From Nemertoderma westbladi (Eukaryota > Animalia > Xenacoelomorpha): a stretch of DNA of 64,000 nt. Numbering within the stretch: position 1 is the first letter of the stretch; each line of letters starts with the position of its first letter. The notes beneath the pieces are model-generated. The model worked only from the letters and a program-made list of their open reading frames with translations, did not search any database and was not told where the DNA came from. A program made the translations under genes and the position numbers. The stretch covers positions 1 to 64,000 of the forward strand of contig JAUCBJ010006873.1 in the NCBI GenBank assembly GCA_032718475.1, read 5' to 3'. This document shows, piece by piece, positions 46,041 through 59,993 of this stretch.

Positions 46041-49000
46041 GTCGCCTCGCATGGATCCGACCTAGACCTCGCGTTCCATCTGCAGCCAGTGTCCCCTCGC
46101 ATGGATCCAACCTGCACCTGGCGTTCCATCTGCAGCCAGTGTCCCCTTGCATGGATCCGACCTACACCTGGCGTTCCATCTGCAGCCAGTGTCCCCTCGC
46201 ATGGATCCAACCTACACCTGGCGTTCCATCTGCAGCCAGTGTCCCCTCGCATGGATCCAACCTGCACCTGGCGTTCCATCTGCAGCCAGTGTCCCCTCGC
46301 ATGGATCCAACCTGCACCTGGCGTTCCATCTGCAGCCAGTGTCCCCTCGCATGGATCCAACCTACACCTGGCGTTCCACCTGCAGCCAGTGTCCCCTCGC
46401 ATGGATCCAACCTGCACCTGGCGTTCCATCTGCAGCCAGTGTCCCCTCGCATGGATCCGACCTGCACCTGGCGTTCCATCTGCAGCCAGTGTCCCCTCGC
46501 ATGGATCCAACCTGCACCTGGCGTTCCATCTGCAGCCAGTGTCCCCTCGCATGGATCCAACCTGCACCTGGCGTTCCATCTGCAGCCAATGTCCCCTCGC
46601 ATGGATCCGACCTACACCTGGCGTTCCATCTGCAGCCAGTGTCCCCTCACATGGATCCAACCTGCACCTGGCGTTCCATCTGCAGCCAGTGTCCCCTCGC
46701 ATGGATCCGACCTGCACCTGGCGTTCCATCTGCAGCCAGTGTCCCCTCGCATGGATCCAACCTGCACCTGGTGTTCCATCTGCAGCCAGTGTCCCCTCGC
46801 ATGGATCCAACCTGCACCTGGCGTTCCATCTGCAGCCAGTGTCCCCTTGCATGGATCCAACCTACACCTGGCGTTCCATCTGCAGCCAGTGTCCCCTCGC
46901 ATGGATCCAACCTGCACCTGGCGTTCCATCTGCAGCCAGTGTCCCCTCGCATGGATCCGACCTGCACCTGGCGTTCCATCTGCAGCCAGTGTCCCCTCGC
47001 ATGGATCCAACCTGCACCTGGCGTTCCATCTGCAGCCAGTGTCCCCTCGCATGGATCCAACCTGCACCTGGCGTTCCATCTGCAGCCAGTGTCCCCTCGC
47101 ATGGATCCGACGTGCACCTGGCGTTCCATCTGCAGCCAGTGTCCCCTCGCATGGATCCAACCTACACCTGGCGTTCCATCTGAAGCCAGTGTCCCCTCGC
47201 ATGGATCCAACCTGCACCTGGCGTTCCATCTGCAGCCAGTGTCCCCTCGCATGGATCCAACCTGCACCTGGCGTTCCATCTGCAGCCAATGTCCCCTCGC
47301 ATGGATCCAACCTGCACCTGGCGTTCCATCTGCAGCCAGTGTCCCCTCGCATGGATCCAACCTGCACCTGGCGTTCCATCTGCAGCCAGTGTCCCCTCGC
47401 ATGGATCCGACCTGCACCTGGCGTTCCATCTGCAGCCAGTGTCCCCTCGCATGGATCCGCCCTGCACCTGGCGTTCCAACCACAGCCAGTGTCCCCTCGC
47501 ATGGATCCGACCTGCACCTGGCGTTCCATCTGAAACCAGTGTCCCCTCGCATGGATCCAACCTGCACCTGGCGTTCCATCTGAAACCAGTGTCCCCTCGC
47601 ATGGATCCAACCTGCACCTGGCGTTCCATCTGCAGCCAGTGTCCCCTCGCATGGATCCAACCTGCACCTGGCGTTCCATCTGCAGCCAGTGTCCCCTCGC
47701 ATGGATCCGACCTGCACCTAGCATTCCATCTGCAGCCAGTGTCCCCTCGCATGGATCCAACCTGCACCTGGCGTTCCATCTGCAGCCAGTGTCCCCTCGC
47801 ATGGATCCAACCTGCACCTGGCGTTCCATCTGCAGCCAGTGTCCCCTCGCATGGATCCAACCTGCACCTGGCGTTCCATCTGCAGCCAATGTCCCCTCGC
47901 ATGGATCCAACCTGCACCTGGCGTTCCATCTGCAGCCAGTATCCCCTCGCATGGATCCAACCTGCACCTGGCGTTCCATCTGCAGCCAGTGTCCCCTCGC
48001 ATGGATCCGACCTGCAACTGGCGTTCCATCTGCAGCCAGTGTCCCCTCGCATGGATCCGACCTGCACCTGGCGTTCCATCTGCAGCCAGTGTCCCCTTGC
48101 ATGGATCCAACCTGCACCTGGCGTTCCATCTGCAGCCAGTGTCCCCTCACATGGATCCAACCTGCACCTGGCGTTCCATCTGCAGCCAGTGTCCCCTCGC
48201 ATGGATCCAAACTGCACCTGGCGTTCCATCTGCAGCCAGTGTCCCCTCGCATGGATCCGACCTGCACCTGGCGTTCCATCTGCAGCCAGTGTCCCCATGC
48301 ATGGATCCAACCTGCACCTGGCGTTCCATCTGCAGCCAGTGTCCCCTCGCATGGATCCAACCTGCACCTGGCGTTCCATCTGCAGCCAGTGTCCCCTCGC
48401 ATGGATCCAACCTGCACCTGGCGTTCCATCTGCAGCCAATGTCCCCTCGCATGGATCCAACCTGCACCTGGCGTTCCATCTGCAGCCAGTGTCCCCTCGC
48501 ATGGATCCAACCTGCACCTGGCGTTCCATCTGCAGCCAGTGTCCCCTCGCATGGATCCGACCTGCACCTGGCGTTCCAACCACAGCCAGTGTCGCCTCGC
48601 ATGGATCCAACATGCACCTGGCGTTCCATCTGCAGCCAGTGTCCCCTCGCATGGATCCAACCTACACCTGGCGTTCCATCTGCAGCCAGTGTCCCCTCGC
48701 ATGGATCCAAACTGCACCTGGCGTTCCATCTGCAGCCAGTGTCCCCTCGCATGGATCCGACCTGCACCTGGCGTTCCATCTGCAGCCAGTGTCCCCTCGC
48801 ATGGATCCAACCTGCACCTGGCGTTCCATCTGCAGCCAGTGTCCCCTCGCATGGATCCAACCTGCACCTGGCGTTCCATCTGCAGCCAGTGTCCCCTCGC
48901 ATGGATCCGACCTGCACCTGGCGTTCCATCTGCAGCCAGTGTCCCCTCGCATGGATCCAACCTGCACCTGGCGTTCCATCTGCAGCCAGTGTCCCCTCGC

Positions 49001-52000
49001 ATGGATCCAACCTGCACCTGGCGTTCCATCGCAGCCAGTGTCCCCTCGCATGGATCCAACCTGCACCTGGCGTTCCATCTGCAGCCAATGTCCCCTCGCA
49101 TGGATCCAACCTGCACCTGGCGTTCCATCTGCAGCCAGTGTCCCCTCGCATGGATCCAACCTGCACCTGGCGTTCCATCTGCAGCCAGTGTCCCCTCGCA
49201 TGGATCCGACCTGCACCTGGCGTTCCATCTGCAGCCAGTGTCCCCTCGCATGGATCCGACCTGCACCTGGCGTTCCAACCACAGCCAGTGTCGCCTCGCA
49301 TGGATCCAACCTGCACCTGGCGTTCCATCTGCAGCCAGTGTCGCCTCGCATGGATCCAACCTGCACCTGGCGTTCCATCTGCAGCAAGTGTCCCCTCGCA
49401 TGGATCCAACCTGCACCTGGCGTTCCATCTGCAGCCAGTGTCCCCTCGCATGGATCCAACCTACACCTGGCGTTCCATCTGCAGCCAGTGTCCCCTCGCA
49501 TGGACCCAACCTGCACCTGGCGTTCCATCTGCACCCAATGTCCCCTCGCATTCCATCTGTAGCCAGTGTCCCCTCGCATGGATCCAACCTGCACCTGGCG
49601 TTCCATCTGCAGCCAATGTCCCCTCGCATGGATCCAACCTGCACCTGGCGTTCCATCTGCAGCCAATGTCCCCTCGCATGGATCCAACCTACACCTGGCG
49701 TTCCATCTGCAGCCAGTGTCCCCTCGCATGGATCCAACCTGCACCTGGCGTTCCATCTGCAGCAAGTGTCCCCTCGCATGGATCCAACCTGCACCTGGCG
49801 TTCCATCTGCAGCAGTGTCCCCTCGCATGGATCCGACCTGCACCTGGCGTTCCATCTGCAGCCAGTGTCCCCTCGCATGGATCCGACCTGCACCTGGCAT
49901 TCCATCTACTGCCAGTGCCGCCTCGCATGGATCCGACCTGCACCTGGCGTTCCATCTACTGCCAGTGTCGCCTCGCATGGATCCGACCTGCACCTGGCGT
50001 TCCATCTGCAGCCAATGTCCCCTCGCATGGATCCAACCTACACCTGGCGTTCCATCTGCAGCCAGTGTCGCCTCGCATGGATCCAACCTGCACCTGGCGT
50101 TCCATCTGCAGCCAGTGTCCCCTGCATGGATCCAACCTACACCTGGCATTCCATCTGCAGCCAATGTCACCTCGCATGGATCCAACCTACACCTGGCGTT
50201 CCATCTGCAGCCAGTGTCCCCTCGCATGGATCCGACCTGCACCTGGCGTTCCATCTGCAGCCAGTGTCCCCTCGCATGGATCCAACCTGCACCTGGCGTT
50301 CCATCTGCAGCCAGTGTCCCCTCGTATGGATCCAACCTGCACCTGGCGTTCCATCTGCAGCCAGTGTCCCCTCGCATGGATCCGACCTGCACCTGGCGTT
50401 CCATCTGCAGCCAGTGTCCCCTCGCATGGATCCAACCTGCACCTGGCGTTCCATCTGCAGCCAGTGTCCCCTCGCATGGATCCAACCTGCACCTGGCGTT
50501 CCATCGCAGCCAGTGTCCCCTCGCATGGATCCAACCTGCACCTGGCGTTCCATCTGCAGCCAATGTCCCCTCACATGGATCCAACCTGCACCTGGCGTTC
50601 CATCTGCAGCCAGTGTCCCCTCGCATGGATCCAACCTGCACCTGGCGTTCCATCTGCAGCCAGTGTCCCCTCGCATGGATCCGACCTGCACCTGGCGTTC
50701 CATCTGCAGCCAGTGTCCCCTCTCATGGATCCGACCTGCACCTGGCGTTCCAACCACAGCCAGTGTCGCCTCGCATGGATCCAACCTGCACCTGGCGTTC
50801 CATCTGCAGCCAGTGTCGCCTCGCATGGATCCAACCTGCACCTGGCGTTCCATCTGCAGCAAGTGTCCCCTCGCATGGATCCAACCTGCACCTGGCGTTC
50901 CATCTGCAGCCAGTGTCCCCTCGCATGGATCCAACCTACACCTGGTGTTCCATCTGCAGCCAGTGTCCCCTCGCATGGACCCAACCTGCACCTGGCGTTC
51001 CATCTGCATCCAATGTCCCCTCGCATTCCATCTGTAGCCAGTGTCCCCTCGCATGGATCCAACCTGCACCTGGCGTTCCATCTGCAGCCAATGTTCCCTC
51101 GCATGGATCCAACCTGCACCTGGCGTTCCATCTGCAGCCAATGTCCCCTCGCATGGATCCAACCTACACCTGGCGTTCCATCTGCAGCCAGTGTCCCCTC
51201 GCATGGATCCAACCTGCACCTGGCGTTCCATCTGCAGCAAGTGTCCCCTCGCATGGATCCAACCTGCACCTGGCGTTCCATCTGCAGCCAGTGTCCCCTC
51301 GCATGGATCCGACCTGCACCTGGCGTTCCATATGCAGCCAGTGTCCCCTCGCATGGATCCGACCTGCACCTGGCGTTCCATCTACTGCCAGTGTCGCCTC
51401 GCATGGATCCGACCTGCACCTGGCGTTCCATCTGCAGCCAATGTCCCCTCGCATGGATCCAACCTACACCTGGCGTTCCATCTGCAGCCAATGTCCCCTC
51501 GCATGGATCCAACCTGCACCTGGCGTTCCATCTGCAGCCAGTGTCCCCTCGCATGGATCCGACCTGCACCTGGCGTTCCATCTGCAGCCAGTGTCCCCTC
51601 GCATGGATCCAACCTGCACCTGGCGTTCCATCTGCAGCCAGTGTCCCCTCGCATGGATCCAACCTGCACCTGGCGTTCCATCGCAGCCAGTGTCCCCTCG
51701 CATGGATCCAACCTGCACCTGGCGTTCCATCTGCAGCCAATGTCCCCTCGCATGGATCCAACCTGCACCTGGCGTTCCATCTGCAGCCAGTGTCCCCTCG
51801 CATGGATCCAACCTGCACCTGGCGTTCCATCTGCAGCCAGTGTCCCCTCGCATGGATCCGACCTGCACCTGGCGTTCCATCTGCAGCCAGTGTCCCCTCG
51901 CATGGATCCGACCTGCACCTGGCGTTCCAACCACAGCCAGTGTCGCCTCGCATGGATCCAACCTGCACCTGGCGTTCCATCTGCAGCCAGTGTCGCCTCG

Positions 52001-55000
52001 CATGGATCCAACCTGCACCTGGCGTTCCATCTGCAGCAAGTGTCCCCTCGCATGGATCCAACCTGCACCTGGCGTTCCATCTGCAGCCAGTGTCCCCTCG
52101 CATGGATCCAACCTACACCTGGCGTTCCATCTGCAGCCAGTGTCCCCTCGCATGGACCCAACCTGCACCTGGCGTTCCATCTGCATCCAATGTCCCCTCG
52201 CATTCCATCTGTAGCCAGTGTCCCCTCGCATGGATCCAACCTGCACCTGGCGTTCCATCTGCAGCCAATGTCCCCTCGCATGGATCCAACCTGCACCTGG
52301 CGTTCCATCTGCAGGCAATGTCCCCTCGCATGGATCCAACCTACACCTGGCGTTCCATCTGCAGCCAGTGTCCCCTCGCATGGATCCAACCTGCACCTGG
52401 CGTTCCATCTGCAGCAAGTGTCCCCTCGCATGGATCCAACCTGCACCTGGCGTTCCATCTGCAGCAGTGTCCCCTCGCATGGATCCGACCTGCACCTGGC
52501 GTTCCATCTGCAGCCAGTGTCCCCTCGCATGGATCCGACCTGCACCTGGCATTCCATCTACTGCCAGTGCCGCCTCGCATGGATCCGACCTGCACCTGGC
52601 GTTCCATCTACTGCCAGTGTCGCCTCGCATGGATCCGACCTGCACCTGGCGTTCCATCTGCAGCCAATGTCCCCTCGCATGGATCCAACCTACACCTGGC
52701 GTTCCATCTGCAGCCAGTGTCGCCTCGCATGGATCCAACCTGCACCTGGCGTTCCATCTGCAGCCAGTGTCCCCTCGCATGGATCCAACCTACACCTGGC
52801 GTTCCATCTGCAGCCAATGTCACCTCGCATGGATCCAACCTACACCTGGCGTTCCATCTGCAGCCAGTGTCCCCTCGCATGGATCCGACCTGCACCTGGC
52901 GTTCCATCTGCAGCCAGTGTCCCCTCGCATGGATCCAACCTGCACCTGGCGTTCCATCTGCAGCCAGTGTCCCCTCGTATGGATCCAACCTGCACCTGGC
53001 GTTCCATCTGCAGCCAGTGTCCCCTCGCATGGATCCGACCTGCACCTGGCGTTCCATCTGCAGCCAGTGTCCCCTCGCATGGATCCAACCTGCACCTGGC
53101 GTTCCATCTGCAGCCAGTGTCCCCTCGCATGGATCCAACCTGCACCTGGCGTTCCATCGCAGCCAGTGTCCCCTCGCATGGATCCAACCTGCACCTGGCG
53201 TTCCATCTGCAGCCAATGTCCCCTCACATGGATCCAACCTGCACCTGGCGTTCCATCTGCAGCCAGTGTCCCCTCGCATGGATCCAACCTGCACCTGGCG
53301 TTCCATCTGCAGCCAGTGTCCCCTCGCATGGATCCGACCTGCACCTGGCGTTCCATCTGCAGCCAGTGTCCCCTCTCATGGATCCGACCTGCACCTGGCG
53401 TTCCAACCACAGCCAGTGTCGCCTCGCATGGATCCAACCTGCACCTGGCGTTCCATCTGCAGCCAGTGTCCCCTCGCATGGATCCGACCTGCACCTGGCG
53501 TTCCATCTACAGCCAGTGTCGCCTCGCATGGATCCAACCTGCACCTGGCGTTCCATCTGCAGTCAGTGTCCCCTCGCATGGATCCAACCTGCACCTGGCG
53601 TTCCATCTGCAGCCAGTGTCCCCTCGCATGGATCCAACCTACACCTGGCGTTCCATCTGCAGCCAGTGTCCCCTCGCATGGATCCAACCTACACCTGGCG
53701 TTCCATCTGCAGCCAGTGTCCCCTCGCATGGATACAACCTGCACCTGGCATTCCATCTGCAGCAAGTGTCCCCTCGCATGGATCCAACCTGCACCTGGCG
53801 TTCCATCTGCAGCCAGTGTCCCCTCGCATGGATCCGACCTGCACCTGGCGTTCCATCTACTGCCAGTGTCGCCTCGCATGGATCCGACCTGCACCTGGCG
53901 TTCCATCTACAGCCAGTGTCGCCTCGCATGGATCCAACCTGCACCTTGCGTTCCATCTGCAGCCAGTGTCCCCTCGCATGGATCAAACCTGCACCTGGCG
54001 TTCCATCTGCAGCCAGTGTCCCCTCGCATGGATCCAACCTGCACCTGGCGTTCCATCTGCAGCAAGTGTCCCCTCGCATGGATCCAACCTGCACCTGGCG
54101 TTCCATCTGCAGCCAGTGTCCCCTCGCATGGATCCGACCTGCACCTGGCGTTCCATCTACTGCCAGTGTCGCCTCGCATGGATCCGACCTGCACCTGGCG
54201 TTCCATCTACTGCCAGTGTCGCCTCGCATGGATCCAACCTGCACCTGGCGTTCCATCTGCAGCCAATGTCCCCTCGCATGGATCCAACCTACACCTGGCG
54301 TTCCATCTGCAGCCAGTGTCCCCTCGCATGGATCCGACCTGCACCTGGAGTTCCATCTACTGCCAGTGTCGCCTCGCATGGATCCGACCTGCACCTGGCG
54401 TTCCATCTGCAGCCAATGTCACCTCGCATGGATCCAACCTACACCTGGCGTTCCATCTGCAGCCAGTGTCCCCTCGCATGGATCCGACCTGCAGCTGGCG
54501 TTCCATCTGCAGCCAATGTCCCCTCGCATGGATCCAACCTACACCTGGCGTTCCATCTGCAGCCAGTGTCCCCTCGCATGGATCCGACCTGCACCTGGCA
54601 TTCCATCTACAGCCAGTGCCGCCTCGCATGGATCCAACCTGCACCTGGCGTTCCATCTGCAGTCAGTGTCCCCTCGCATGGATCCAACCTGCACCTGGCG
54701 TTCCATCTGCAGCCAGTGTCCCCTCGCATGGATCCAACCTACACCTGGCGTTCCATCTGCAGCCAGTGTCCCCTCGCATGGATCCAACCTACACCTGGCG
54801 TTCCATCTGCAGCCAGTGTCCCCTCGCATGGATACAACCTGCACCTGGCGTTCCATTGCAGCAAGTGTCCCCTCGCATGGATCCAACCTGCACCTGGCGT
54901 TCCATCTGCAGCCAGTGTCCCCTCGCATGGATCCGACCTGCACCTGGCGTTCCATCTACTGCCAGTGTTGCCTCGCATGGATCCGACCTGCACCTGGCGT

Positions 55001-58000
55001 TCCATCTACTGCCAGTGTCGCCTCGCATGGATCCGACCTGCACCTGGCGTTCCATCTGCAGCCAATGTCCCCTCGCATGGATCCAACCTACACCTGGCGT
55101 TCCATCTGCAGCCAGTGTCCCCTCGCATGGATCCGACCTGCACCTGGCGTTCCATCTACTGCCAGTGTCGCCTCGCATGGATCCGACCTGCACCTGGCGT
55201 TCCATCTGCAGCCAATGTCCCCTCGCATGGATCCAACCTACACCTGGCGTTCCATCTGCAGCCAGTGTCCCCTCGCATGGATCCGACCTGCACCTGGCGT
55301 TCCATCTGCAGCCAATGTCCCCTCGCATGGATCCAACCTACACCTGGCGTTCCATCTGCAGCCAGTGTCCCCTCGCATGGATCCGACCTGCACCTGGCGT
55401 TCCATCTACAGCCAGTGCCGCCTCGCATGGATCCAACCTACACCTTGCGTTCCATCTGCAGCCAGTGTCCCCTCGCATGGATCCAACCTGCACCTGGCGT
55501 TCCATCTGCAGCCAGTGTCCCCTCGCATGGATCCAACCTGCACCTGGCGTTCCATCTGCAGCAAGTGTCCCCTTGCATGGATCCAACCTGCACCTGGCGT
55601 TCCATCTGCAGCCAGTGTCCCCTCGCATGGATCCGACCTGCACCTGGCGTTCCATCTACTGCCAGTGTCGCCTCGCATGGATCCGACCTGCACCTGGCGT
55701 TCCATCTGCAGCCAATGTCCCCTCGCATGGATCCAACCTACACCTGGCGTTCCATCTGCAGCCAGTGTCCCCTCGCATGGATCCGACCTGCACCTGGCGT
55801 TCCATCTACTGCCAGTGTCGCCTCGCATGGATCCGACCTGCACCTGGCGTTCCATCTGCAGCCAATGTCACCTCGCATGGATCCAACCTACACCTGGAGT
55901 TCCATCTGCAGCCAGTGTCCCCTCGCATGGATCCGACCTGCACCTGGCGTTCCATCTGCAGCCAATGTCCCCTCGCATGGATCCAACCTACACCTGGCGT
56001 TCCATCTGCAGCCAGTGTCCCCTCGCATGGATCCGTCCTGCACCTGGCGTTCCATCTACAGCCAGTGTCGCCTCGCATGGATCCAACCTGCACCTGGCGT
56101 TCCATCTGCAGCCAGTGTCCCCTCGCATGGATCCAACCTGCACCTGGCGTTCCATCTGCAGCCAGTGTCCCCTCGCATGGATCCAACCTACACCTGGCGT
56201 TCCATCTGCAGCCAGTGTCCCCTCGCATGGATCCAACCTACACCTGGCGTTCCATCTGCAGCCAGTGTCCCCTCGCATGGATCCAACCTGCACCTGGCGT
56301 TCCATCTGCAGCAAGTGTCCCCTCGCATGGATCCAACCTGCACCTGGCGTTCCATCTGCAGCCAGTGTCCCCTCGCATGGATCCGACCTGCACCTGGCGT
56401 TCCATCTACTGCCAGTGTCGCCTCGCATGGATCCGACCTGCACCTGGCGTTCCATCTACTGCCAGTGTCGCCTCGCATGGATCCGACCTGCACCTGGCGT
56501 TCCATCTGCAGCCAATGTCCCCTCGCATGGATCCAACCTACACCTGGCGTTCCATCTGCAGCCAGTGTCCCCTCGCATGGATCCGACCTGCACCTGGCGT
56601 TCCATCTACTGCCAGTGTCGCCTCGCATGGATCCGACCTGCACCTGGCGTTCCATCTGCAGCCAATGTCCCCTCGCATGGATCCAACCTACACCTGGCGT
56701 TCCATCTGCAGCCAGTGTCCCCTCGCATGGATCCGACCTGCACCTGGCGTTCCATCTGCAGCCAATGTCCCCTCGCATGGATCCAACCTACACCTGGCGT
56801 TCCATCTGCAGCCAGTGTCCCCTCGCATGGATCCGACCTGCACCTGGCGTTCCATCTACAGCCAGTGTCGCCTCGCATGGATCCAACCTGCACCTTGCGT
56901 TCCATCTGCAGCCAGTGTCCCCTCGCATGGATCCAACCTGCACCTGGCGTTCCATCTGCAGCCAGTGTCCCCTCGCATGGATCCGACCTGCACCTGATGT
57001 TCCATCTGCAGCCAATGTCCCCTCGCATGGATCCGACCTGCACCTGGCGTTCCATCTGCAGCCAATGTCCCCTCGCATGGATCCAACCTGCACCTGGCGT
57101 TCCATTTGCAGCCAGTGTCCCCTCGCATGGATCCAACCTGCACCTGGCGTTCCATCTGCAGCCAATGTCACTTCGCATGGATCCGACTTGCACCTGGCGT
57201 TCCATCATCAGCCAGTGTCCCCTCGCATGGATCCGACCTGCACCTGGCGTTCCATCTGCAGCCAATGTCCCCTCGCATGTATCCGACCTGCACGTGGCGT
57301 TCCATCTGCAGCCAATGTCACCTCGCATGGATCCGACCTGCACCTGGCGTTCCATCTGCAGCCAATGTCACCTCGCATGGATCCGACTTGCACCTGGCGT
57401 TCCATCATCAGCCAGTGTCCCCTCGCATGGATGCGACCTGCACCTGGCGTTCCATCTGCAGCCAATGTCCCCTCGCATGGATCCAACCTACACCTGGCGT
57501 TCCATCTGCAGCCAATGTCCCCTCGCATGGATCCGACCTGCACCTGGCGTTCCATCTGCAGCCAATGTCACCTCGCATGGATCCGACTTGCACCTGGCGT
57601 TCCATCTGCAGCCAATGTCCCCTCGCATTGATCCGACCTGCACCTGGCGTTCCATCTATAGCCAGTGTCGCCTCGCATGGATCCGACCTGCACCTTGCGT
57701 TCCATCTGCAGCAAGTGTCCCCTCGCATGGATCCGACCTGCACCTGGCGTTCCATCTGCAGCCAATGTCCCCTCGCATGGATCCGACCTGCACCTGGCGT
57801 TTCATCTACAGCCAGTGTCGCCTCGCATGGATCCGACCTGCACCTGGCGCTCCATCTGCAGCCAATGTCCCCTCGCATGGATCCAACCTGCACCTGGCGT
57901 TCCATCTACAGCCAGTGTCCCCTCGCATGGATCCAACCTGCACCTGGCGTTCCATCTGCAGCCAGTGTCCCCTCGCATGGATCCGACCTGCACCTGGCGT

Positions 58001-58910
58001 TCCATCTGCATCCAATGTCCCCGCGCATGGATCCGTCTTGCACCTGGCGTTCCATCTGCAGCCAGTGTCCCCTCGCATGGATCCGACCTGCACCTGGCGT
58101 TCCATCTACAGCCAGTGTCCCCTCGCATGGATCCGACCTGCACCTGGCGTTCCATCTACAGCCAGTGTCCCCTCGCATGGATCCGACCTGCACCTGGCGT
58201 TCCATCTGGAGCCAATGTCACCTCGCATGGATCCAACCTGCACCTGGCGTTCCATCTACAGCCAGTGTCCCCTCGCATGGATCCGACCTGCACCTGGCGT
58301 TCCATCTACAGCCAGTGTCGCCTCGCATGGATCCAACCTGCACCTTGCGTTCCATCTGCAGCAAGTGTCCCCTCGCATGGATCCAACCTGCACCTGGCGT
58401 TCCATCTGCAGCAGTGTCCCCTCGCATGGATCCGACCTGCACCTGGCGTTCCATCTGCAGCCAGTGTCCCCTCGCATGGATCCGACCTGCACCTGGCATT
58501 CCATCTACAGCCAGTGTCCCCTCGCATGGATCCGACCTGCACCTGGCGTTCCATCTGGAGCCAATGTCACCTCACATGGATCCAACCTGCACCTGGCGTT
58601 CCATCTACAGCCAGTGTCCCCTCGCATGGATCCGACCTGCACCTGGCGTTCCATCTACAGCCAGTGTCCCCTCGCATGGATCCGACCTGCACCTGGCGTT
58701 CCATCTGCAGCCAGTGTCACCTCGCATGGATCCAACCTGCACCTGGCGTTCCATCTACAGCCAATGTCCCTTCGCATGGATCCGACCTGCACCTGGCGTT
58801 CCATCCTCAGCCAGTGTCCCTTCGCATGGATCCGACCTGCACCTGGCGTTCCATCCTCAGCCAGTGTCCCTTCGCATGGATCCGACCTGCACCTGGCGTT
58901 CCATCTGCAG
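46040..58910. repeat. 50-bp satellite array, ~257 copies
   Basis: Unit GCCAGTGTCCCCTCGCATGGATCCAACCTGCACCTGGCGTTCCATCTGCA (contains BamHI and PstI sites). Confidence 0.98.
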
Positions 58911-59993
58911 GCACTCCAATTGGACCCGTAGATCCATTTATTTATTTAATATTTTAATAATTGAATATAGGTCTGTTTACTTATTTATTTATTTTAAAAA
59001 TTATTGTGCTGTTTTACTATACATATCCGTTGGATATTATTAAAGTCTTCAATCATTACGCAAAATCCCCAATGATGTAAGCTGGGTACCAGTCGGATTA
59101 TTGATCACATTTTTACATTTTCTATATTATACTCCCAACTCCCATGCAAGGTTCTGTGAAAAACGGCATATCTGCCGGACTATAAACATAATATTCAATA
59201 AATAAACTTTTAGACATACACTTCATCTATAAATAAAGTATTTATTATGTTATTAATATGTTTATTAATTGTGGATTGCATTAAAACGCCTTCGGCGCAA
59301 TTAAATTATTATTATTATGAATTACCATAAGGACGATAATGCCAGTTATCGGCACAGTTGCTAAGCGAGGGAAGTATCAATCACATCATTATGTATGAAT
59401 GGTAGACCAGTCTTGATTGATGCCTCCGCGGTTTATACCTGCCCCGAGAGTATTGTTGTGAAGTCCGTAAGTGTAATATTACGCAAAATAATACTTTACT
59501 AACTAGGCTATGCTTTACTTAACTTTAAAAAACATTATACTAGAAAACTTAAAACTTACCATAATTCATTAGTGAATGATGTCTAGAGAACTCGAATTAT
59601 AAATGTTCAGTTATAAGTTGTAATACATTAAATTGTAATGAACTACACTGAAATGCAATAAACAGATATGCGACTGGGTGTGCGTGAAGGCACACTGTAC
59701 AATCTATTTTACATAAATTATTAATATATAAGAAAGATTGAACAGTTTAAAACTTTCCCTTTATATTGTAAAATGAAAGTGGAAACAAAGATCGTTATCT
59801 TGCGATGCAGCGCAGTCAGTACGACAATACAGTGTAATAAGTAATTTCAACCTAAATTTAAATAGAATACGAATTCGAACTTTATTGTAGTCCGGTAACC
59901 TATTCCTATCGGATTGATGATACCAGAGCTCATTAAAATAGCAGCCACAAGTTAAAAATAAATATTGTGAAACGAACCATGATAGCCACTTAC

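Noticed and set aside
46040-46140. Ribozyme-encoding satellite
   Set aside because: No CUGANGA/GAAA core; only short complementary segments (GCCAG/CTGGC, ATGGA/TCCAT)
46040-58957. Dozens of giant ORFs (up to 3052 aa)
   Set aside because: They are translations of a stop-free 50-bp satellite, open in all frames and shifted by indels; not called as genes
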